Shown here: positions 26,261 through 32,352 of the stretch, piece after piece
Numbering within the stretch: the stretch's first letter is position 1
Layout: each line of letters begins with the position of its first letter
Source of the DNA: an uncultured Terriglobus sp.
Lineage (GTDB): Bacteria > Acidobacteriota > Terriglobia > Terriglobales > Acidobacteriaceae
Direction: 5' to 3'
DNA length: 32,352 nucleotides
Assembly: GCA_964249935.1 (NCBI GenBank)
Contig: CAXUEG010000007.1
Location: forward strand, 1-32,352
Translations under genes and position numbers: made by a program
Notes under the pieces: generated by a model
The model's input: the letters and a program-made list of their open reading frames with translations, nothing else
What the model was told of the DNA's origin: nothing
The model's database searches: none

Positions 26261-27907
26261 ATGCAAGGTGCTGATTTCTCCTCTGCCGTCGTCCGTTCCG
26301 CGGGCCCCATCTATCTGGTCACCAGCGGCGATCTCCGTCTGACCGCGAATCAGGCATGCTGGCCCGCGCAGCAGCAGGTTGAGCGAGCGCTTACGTCGGT
26401 ATTCGCGGCGGAAGGTTGGGAGCTGCGCCGGGCCTTTCCTGTTGACCCCGCTTCGGGACACGGGTTCATCTCATCGCAGCGCATGGGCATGGACGTGTTT
26501 GCCACCATTCCTCCGGAGGCGCCGCTGCTGTTCGCCACGGCTGCTTGGCAATATACGCACCACGTGTTGCCCGGCATGCGCACGCATCGAGGACCGCTGC
26601 TGACCGTGGCGAACTGGTCCGGCCAGTGGCCTGGGCTGGTCGGCCTACTCAACCTGAACGGCTCATTGGTGAAGGCTGGTGTTCCGTTTTCCACGCTGTG
26701 GAGTCGAGACTTTGCAGACGATTTCTTTTTGACCGGCCTTCGGCAGTGGGTACGAACTGGCCGCATCCATCACGACCTGAGTCATGTTCACGACTTTGCG
26801 ATGCCTGCCGAACAAACCGGGGCGGCAAAAATAGGGCAGCAGGTTGCAATCGAGCTTCGCGATCGCAAAGCCATCCTTGGCGTCTTCGATGAAGGTTGCA
26901 TGGGCATGTACAACGCCATCATCGACGATGAATTGCTGAATGCCGCAGGCATCTACAAAGAGCGCCTAAGCCAGTCGACGCTAGTAGCGAAAATGCGCAC
27001 CGTGCCAGCCGAGCAGGCCAATGCAGTCTTGGAATGGCTGCTGGACCGCGGTATGCGTTTCACCTTCGGCTCGGACCCGGCGACGGAGCTCACTCGCGAG
27101 CAAACACTCGAGCAGTGCCGCATGTACATCTCCGCCGTCCGCATCGCACATGAGTTTGGTTGTGACGCGATCGGAATCCAGTATCAGCAAGGCTTGAAAG
27201 ACATGACACCCGCCTCGGACCTGGCGGAGGGCTTATTGAACAATCCCGACCGTCCACCGGTCTACGCGGAAGAGAGCGGCGCTGAGCTTTACGCAGGCGA
27301 ACCGCTGGTTCATTTCAACGAGGTCGACGAGTGCGCCGGGGTGGACGCGTTGGTGACTAACCGGGTGTGGAAGGCGCTGGGTTTGGATCCTGCGACTACG
27401 CTGCACGATGTGCGATGGGGCGAGCCCTACGTTACTTCTGTTGGCGAGCAATTTGTGTGGGTTTGGCAAATCTCCGGAGCAGCGCCCGCGAACCACTTTG
27501 TAGGGGGCTATGCCGGCGCGTCCAGTGAACGGCAACCGGCAATGTACTTTCCTTTGGGTGGAGGATCCCTCAAAGGCGTGGGACGGCCAGGGCCGCTGGT
27601 GTGGAGCCGAGTGTTCGTGGAAGCAGGCGTACTGCACTGTGACCTGGGCCTGGCGGATGCGATCACCCTTCCGGCGGAGGAGACGGAGCGACGCTGGCGC
27701 GAGACCACGTACCAATGGCCGATCACGCACGCCGTGCTCCATGGCGTTTCGCGTGATCAGTTCATGGCCCGGCACCGCGCAAACCACATCAACATTGCGT
27801 ATGCTCCGGATGCGGCCGAAGCGCGGAAGGCACTTTGGGCGAAGGCCTCGGCTCTGGAGACACTCGGTATCCGGACACATTTGTGCGGCGTAAACGATTA
27901 CATTTAG
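26261..27907 (+). CDS. L-fucose/L-arabinose isomerase-like protein
   Basis: SGDLRLTANQACWP, NWSGQWPGLVG, FGCDAIGIQYQ, HFNEVDE, TTLHDVRWG and C-terminal ANHINIAY resemble the FucI superfamily. ATG 26261. Confidence 0.7.
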   Translation: MQGADFSSAVVRSAGPIYLVTSGDLRLTANQACWPAQQQVERALTSVFAAEGWELRRAFPVDPASGHGFISSQRMGMDVFATIPPEAPLLFATAAWQYTHHVLPGMRTHRGPLLTVANWSGQWPGLVGLLNLNGSLVKAGVPFSTLWSRDFADDFFLTGLRQWVRTGRIHHDLSHVHDFAMPAEQTGAAKIGQQVAIELRDRKAILGVFDEGCMGMYNAIIDDELLNAAGIYKERLSQSTLVAKMRTVPAEQANAVLEWLLDRGMRFTFGSDPATELTREQTLEQCRMYISAVRIAHEFGCDAIGIQYQQGLKDMTPASDLAEGLLNNPDRPPVYAEESGAELYAGEPLVHFNEVDECAGVDALVTNRVWKALGLDPATTLHDVRWGEPYVTSVGEQFVWVWQISGAAPANHFVGGYAGASSERQPAMYFPLGGGSLKGVGRPGPLVWSRVFVEAGVLHCDLGLADAITLPAEETERRWRETTYQWPITHAVLHGVSRDQFMARHRANHINIAYAPDAAEARKALWAKASALETLGIRTHLCGVNDYI

Positions 27908-27975
27908 GTAAGGCGACGTTATGTCGACATCACGTATGTTTGCTGTTGACATGCGGTACGAAGAGAGCTTAGTGT
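27908..27975 (+). promoter_or_regulatory. Second candidate GntR operator and promoter for the TonB-dependent receptor
   Basis: GTAAGGCGAC (27908-27917, identical to 24144-24153), palindrome ATGTCGACAT (27921-27930), TGTTGACA, and TTGACA-N18-TAGTGT. Confidence 0.55.
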
Positions 27976-28066
27976 CATCACGACTTTGGTGAGGCACGTC
28001 CCGTCAAAATGAAAACCAGGCGGACTCCCCTGCAATCATCTCTTCACCTTCCTTGAGGTCCGCCGC

Positions 28067-31000
28067 ATGTCCCTTTCTTCGCGCTCCATTCTGGTTGCTG
28101 GTTCCGCCGCATTCTGCGCGGCCACTCTCGCTGTCTCCGCGGTACACGCGCAGGATCTGAACGCCAGCATCGTTGGTACAGCTAAAGATTCGTCTGGCGC
28201 CATTGTTCCCTTAGCCAAGGTCACCGCCACGAACGAGGGAACGGCCGCGCGGATCGTCAGTTCCGGCCTCAGCGATGGCTCATACGCGCTGAAGGTACCG
28301 CCTGGTGTGTACGACCTTGTCGTAGACGCGCCCGGCTTCAAGAGCACCCGCATTCAGGCGCTTCGCGTGGAAGTGAATGCGCAGAGCCGCGCGGACGCTC
28401 TTCTGAACGTGGGAGACACGTCGGAGGTCGTAACCGTTGCCGCCATCAGCAACACCGTGGACACGACCAGTTCCACGCTGAAGGAGACGATCGGAGAACA
28501 GACCATCGAGGATGCGCCGCTGAACGGGCGCAATCCCCTTAGCCTGATCCTGCTGGTACCGGGCGTGGTTCGCGATCCACGCGCCAATGTCACCAGCGGC
28601 AACACTTATCCAGGCGTTAGCGGTATTTCCATTAACGGCAATCGTTCCGACACAACCAACTACATCCTGGATGGTGCGACCAACAACGACAATTACGTAA
28701 ATGCTCCCGCGCCCCTTCCCGATCCTGATGCGCTGCAGGAATTCAGTGTGCAGACGAATAATTTCAGTGCGGAGTTCGGCCGGCTGCCGGGCGGCGTGGT
28801 CAACGCCGTCACGAAATCCGGAACGAATCAGGTGCATGGCAGCGCCTTTGAATACATCCGCAACAACGCGTTCAATGCCGCCAACCACTTCGCCGCGGTC
28901 ACCAACGGCGTAAAGACCGACGACGGCCTGAAGAGACACCAGTTCGGCGGAACCGTAGGTGCGCCGGTATATCTGCCGCATGCATACGACGGCCGCGATA
29001 AGACCTTCTTTTTCGTTTCGCTGCAGGAGACACTTGTGCATCAGCGGCCGAATGCGTCCAGCGCCGTGGTTCCGAGCGCGGCTCTGCGAAACGGCGACTT
29101 CTCCGGCCTGAACACCTCACTTTTCGTTCCGTTCAGCCCGGCGCGGGCCACCTATTCCGGCAATCACGTCACCGGAATTTCCCCGGTTGCGAGCGCCATG
29201 CTGCAGTACATCCCTGTCGCGCCGGCGGGCACGCCCGTGAACGCGCAGGGCGGCCAGACCATCTTCTTCAAGAGCGTGAACAATACGGCCGACCTGCAAA
29301 CACTGGTTCGCGTCGATCAGCACTTCGGCAGCAAGAACACGCTCTTTGGCGATTACATCCGGTCGCACCAGACGGCGCAACCGTTTCTGGATCCGACGAA
29401 TTACCTTGCTTACAAAAACGCAGGAAACTGGATTTACGACCGCTACAGCGCGAACGACACGCATGTCTTCCGCGCCAACTTACTCAATCAGGCACTCTTC
29501 GCCTATTTGCACAACTACTACAAGAACACACCGGTCTATCCCACGCAATCACTGCCGTCGCTGGGCGTAAACATCTATGTGCCCCCGGCACAGACCGAAT
29601 ATCAGTTCACCGTAAACAACTTCTTTACGCTTTACACGGGCGACACAAATGCGTTCATTCGTGATGAGTACCAGGGCATCGACACCGTGCGGTGGACCGT
29701 CGGACGTCACCAGATCAGCTTCGGCGGTGAGTATTACTTCGGCACCGGAGATAACATCAATAACTTCCAGCAGAACCCCGTCTACACCTATACGGCACAA
29801 AGCTATACGCCCAACGCGAACACCCTCGCAACCAGCACTGGAAATGCCTTTGCCGATTTTCTGGTAGGACGTTTCTCCACGTTTCTGCAGGGTGCCGGCG
29901 AATACAAGAACACGCGCTACAACCACTGGGCTGCATTCGGCGAAGACAGTTGGAAGGCGACGCCTCGCCTTGTCCTCAACGCCGGTATGCGCTATGAGCC
30001 GTTCCTGCCCTACTACGATCTCAACAACAAGCTGGCGGCCTATCGTCCCGGCCAGCAGAGCACGTTGTATCCCCACGCCCCGATCGGCATCGTGTTTGTA
30101 GGCGATCCCGGCATTCCGCACGGTGGCTTCAACGCGTCGTACCTGAACTTCGGTCCGCGCGTCGGTCTCGCCTACGATCTTCACGGAGACGGCAAGACAA
30201 GCCTGCGTATCGGATACGGCATCTTCTACGACCAGCCGAACACGATCACCACCAACAATCAAACCGATCAGGCGCCGTTTGCCCCGGTGCTCACGCTGAA
30301 CGGAACGGCGGTCAATTCCGACTTGAACCCGTACGGAGGAGCGACGAACCCGTTCCCATATCCCACGCCAGCCACGTCCGCTTCCACCTTCCCGCAATAC
30401 ACCAGCCAGTACGTGTACAGTGCGCGTCTTCGGAACGCCTACACCCAGGCTTACAACGTGCAGATTGAGCAGGACCTGGGTGCCGGAACTATCTTCAGCC
30501 TGGCTTACGCGGGTTCCGCTGCAACGCATCTGCCCGTGGCACGGGAGTTGAACGCGGCGGTGTACATCCCTGGCGCCTCTACCACCGCGAACACGAATCA
30601 GCGTCGTCCCATGGGCCCGGCACTCGGTTCCAGCACAATCCTGGAGGCATCCGGTTCCAGCGAGTACAGCTCCTTGCAGGCCAACGTGCGCAAGTCGTTT
30701 TCAAAGGGTGTCTCCCTGCTTGCCAATTACACGTGGGGCAAGGCCACAGACACCTGGTCCGACACAAAGACGCTCAGCAGTGCGCGCGCGATTCCGACCG
30801 ATCCGCAGTACGATAAGGGTCCCGCCGATTTCGATCGTCGCCACGTGATCAACGTGACTTCGATCCTGCTGATCCCCGCGCCGATCACAAACCATTTCGC
30901 CAAGGCAGTCCTTGGTGGCTGGGAGCACACCGCTATCTTCAACTTCACGAGCGGATACCCTTTCAGCGTGCTTTCGGGTCGGGACAACGCACTCACGGGA

Positions 31001-31375
31001 ACTCCGAACCAGCGTGCCAGTGTCGTTCCGGGCGTCCCCGTTTACCTGGGCAAGCGTTCCACAGCGGCGACGCAATATCAATACTTGAATCCCGCAGCCT
31101 TCGTGCAGCCACCACAGTCCGGCACCTATGGTGACTCCGGTCGCAACGCATACCGGGGACCCAACTACACCACCTTGGACATGGGTTTGCTGAAGAATTT
31201 TCCCATTACCGAGCGCGTCAAGGGCGTGTTCCGCTTTGAGGTCTTCAATTCGCTGAATCACACCAATTTGCAGCTACCCAGCAATACCTTCAGTTCGGCG
31301 AGCTTTACTACAAACCAGATAACCTCTTCGTACGACCCCCGTATCCTGCAGTTCGCGTTGCGCGTCGCCTTCTAA
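28067..31375 (+). CDS. TonB-dependent receptor, Oar-like, with N-terminal carboxypeptidase-regulatory-like domain
   Basis: Signal peptide, GTAKDSSGAIVP, PLNGRN, LQEFSVQTNNFSAEFG, TKSGTNQVHGS, NFGPRVGLAY, FRFEVFN and terminal PRILQFALRVAF. Confidence 0.95.
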   Translation: MSLSSRSILVAGSAAFCAATLAVSAVHAQDLNASIVGTAKDSSGAIVPLAKVTATNEGTAARIVSSGLSDGSYALKVPPGVYDLVVDAPGFKSTRIQALRVEVNAQSRADALLNVGDTSEVVTVAAISNTVDTTSSTLKETIGEQTIEDAPLNGRNPLSLILLVPGVVRDPRANVTSGNTYPGVSGISINGNRSDTTNYILDGATNNDNYVNAPAPLPDPDALQEFSVQTNNFSAEFGRLPGGVVNAVTKSGTNQVHGSAFEYIRNNAFNAANHFAAVTNGVKTDDGLKRHQFGGTVGAPVYLPHAYDGRDKTFFFVSLQETLVHQRPNASSAVVPSAALRNGDFSGLNTSLFVPFSPARATYSGNHVTGISPVASAMLQYIPVAPAGTPVNAQGGQTIFFKSVNNTADLQTLVRVDQHFGSKNTLFGDYIRSHQTAQPFLDPTNYLAYKNAGNWIYDRYSANDTHVFRANLLNQALFAYLHNYYKNTPVYPTQSLPSLGVNIYVPPAQTEYQFTVNNFFTLYTGDTNAFIRDEYQGIDTVRWTVGRHQISFGGEYYFGTGDNINNFQQNPVYTYTAQSYTPNANTLATSTGNAFADFLVGRFSTFLQGAGEYKNTRYNHWAAFGEDSWKATPRLVLNAGMRYEPFLPYYDLNNKLAAYRPGQQSTLYPHAPIGIVFVGDPGIPHGGFNASYLNFGPRVGLAYDLHGDGKTSLRIGYGIFYDQPNTITTNNQTDQAPFAPVLTLNGTAVNSDLNPYGGATNPFPYPTPATSASTFPQYTSQYVYSARLRNAYTQAYNVQIEQDLGAGTIFSLAYAGSAATHLPVARELNAAVYIPGASTTANTNQRRPMGPALGSSTILEASGSSEYSSLQANVRKSFSKGVSLLANYTWGKATDTWSDTKTLSSARAIPTDPQYDKGPADFDRRHVINVTSILLIPAPITNHFAKAVLGGWEHTAIFNFTSGYPFSVLSGRDNALTGTPNQRASVVPGVPVYLGKRSTAATQYQYLNPAAFVQPPQSGTYGDSGRNAYRGPNYTTLDMGLLKNFPITERVKGVFRFEVFNSLNHTNLQLPSNTFSSASFTTNQITSSYDPRILQFALRVAF

Positions 31376-31547
31376 AAGCAGGCAGCTCACCACGTCCGGG
31401 CCTTCTCGATGGAGCTGTACGCTCCGAACATTTCTTCAGAGCGTGCACGGGACAAAGCGAAGGTTCGCGGAGAGCAGCCGCGTTCGTTCCGCGACGAAAC
31501 GGAAAGCTTATCTTGTCTGTCAAAGACAGAACTGTTGCGCGAGGAGT

Positions 31548-32352
31548 TCAGGCGGATATCTGAAGCCGGTACGACCAGTCCCCACTGCTCCACTGGGGAT
31601 AGTTCGTGCCCCAGCCGTTGTTGAACAGGCACACGTGCGCGCCTTGGTTCAGGTCCGGCTGGTCGAGCGAAAAATTCAGCGGAGAGCGAAGTCCCAGGGC
31701 AATCACGGGAGCGTCGATCGTCTGCACTGCAAATCGCCGTCCCGTTCCGCTGGCGCAGCGTACCCCGCCGCTGACGGCGTGCATGGCTCGCCCGCCACCG
31801 CGAACCACGTCCATGGCACGCACCGTCTGATCGACCTTGTCCAGTTCCCAGGTTGCCGCGTCAACTCCCGCAGGATGAAACGTGAGCCACAACGCTTCAG
31901 GAAGTCGATTCGCTCTCTTGCCGAAAGTGGTGAAGCGAAGGTCAATGCGCGGCGCCGAAGCCGGTAAAAAGTATTCGGCGTACATCCGTGTCGGCCATGC
32001 GACATTCCCGGTCAGCTCTGCGGCGGCATCCGTCATGGTCATCTCCATGACCACGCGGCAACCCGCGCTATCGTTCGACACAAAGCAGCCCGTCACCTGC
32101 GGGTGCCAGTCGCGCGCGACAGGATGAAAGGCTTCGATCCCCGGTTTGCCGAAGTCCTTCGGACCCCATTCGGTCTCGATCGTCAGATAGCGCTTCAGAT
32201 AGGTCGCATACTCCGCCGACGAAAGCGTCTGGTATGTGAACAGCGCGATAGGGTGGTCGGCCGCTGCCCATTCCGAGCCGGTCTGCTTGTTTCGCATGCG
32301 GACGATGGCTCCCGTGACCGGATCGAATCGAAGTGTTAAGAATGCCGTCTCG
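31548..32352 (-). CDS. DUF5054-like / glycoside-hydrolase-associated protein, C-terminal part (5' end beyond window)
   Basis: The frame is open to the window edge (ETAFLTLRFDPVTGAIVRMR...). KDFGKPG, KRANRLPEALWLTF, IDAPV and LFNNGWGTNYPQW. Confidence 0.65.
   Translation of the reverse strand, partial: ETAFLTLRFDPVTGAIVRMRNKQTGSEWAAADHPIALFTYQTLSSAEYATYLKRYLTIETEWGPKDFGKPGIEAFHPVARDWHPQVTGCFVSNDSAGCRVVMEMTMTDAAAELTGNVAWPTRMYAEYFLPASAPRIDLRFTTFGKRANRLPEALWLTFHPAGVDAATWELDKVDQTVRAMDVVRGGGRAMHAVSGGVRCASGTGRRFAVQTIDAPVIALGLRSPLNFSLDQPDLNQGAHVCLFNNGWGTNYPQWSSGDWSYRLQISA

Noticed and set aside
31376-31547. Several small hairpins between the convergent receptor and DUF5054-like genes
   Set aside because: The stems are short and lack a U-tract, so neither a terminator nor an ncRNA can be supported.
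1-32352. CRISPR arrays, rRNA, intact tRNA, IS elements
   Set aside because: No regularly spaced repeats, RNA-gene signatures or transposase motifs were seen.

Overview
High-GC bacterial DNA, probably from Acidobacteriota (inferred from an Oar-type TonB-dependent receptor, DUF1080 domains and GC-rich REP-like hairpins). It has two blocks. (1) About 1-21575 is a co-oriented + strand cluster encoding a highly divergent type VI secretion / contractile injection system. It holds a partial FHA protein, a membrane-anchored vWA protein, TssB- and TssC-like sheath proteins (TssC resembles the Bacteroidota T6SS-iii type), two tandem TssD/Hcp-like tube paralogs, TssE, TssF, a TssG with an apparent N-terminal PASTA-like domain, and an extended TssK. 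These are followed by a ClpB-type AAA+ ATPase with an altered second pore loop, a 2xDUF1080-TM-FHA protein, a PP2C phosphatase, a short VgrG, a separate gp5-octapeptide-repeat protein and a tandem pair of uncharacterised paralogs. No TssJLM, TssNOPQR, TssA, PAAR or kinase gene is recognisable, but the cluster runs off the left edge. (2) About 21932-32352 is a GntR-regulated carbohydrate utilisation locus: MFS transporter, GntR, BNR/sialidase-fold protein, DHDPS-family aldolase, fucose-isomerase-like protein, TonB-dependent receptor and a partial DUF5054-like gene, with a shared candidate operator. All family calls are from motif recognition by eye; no searches were run.
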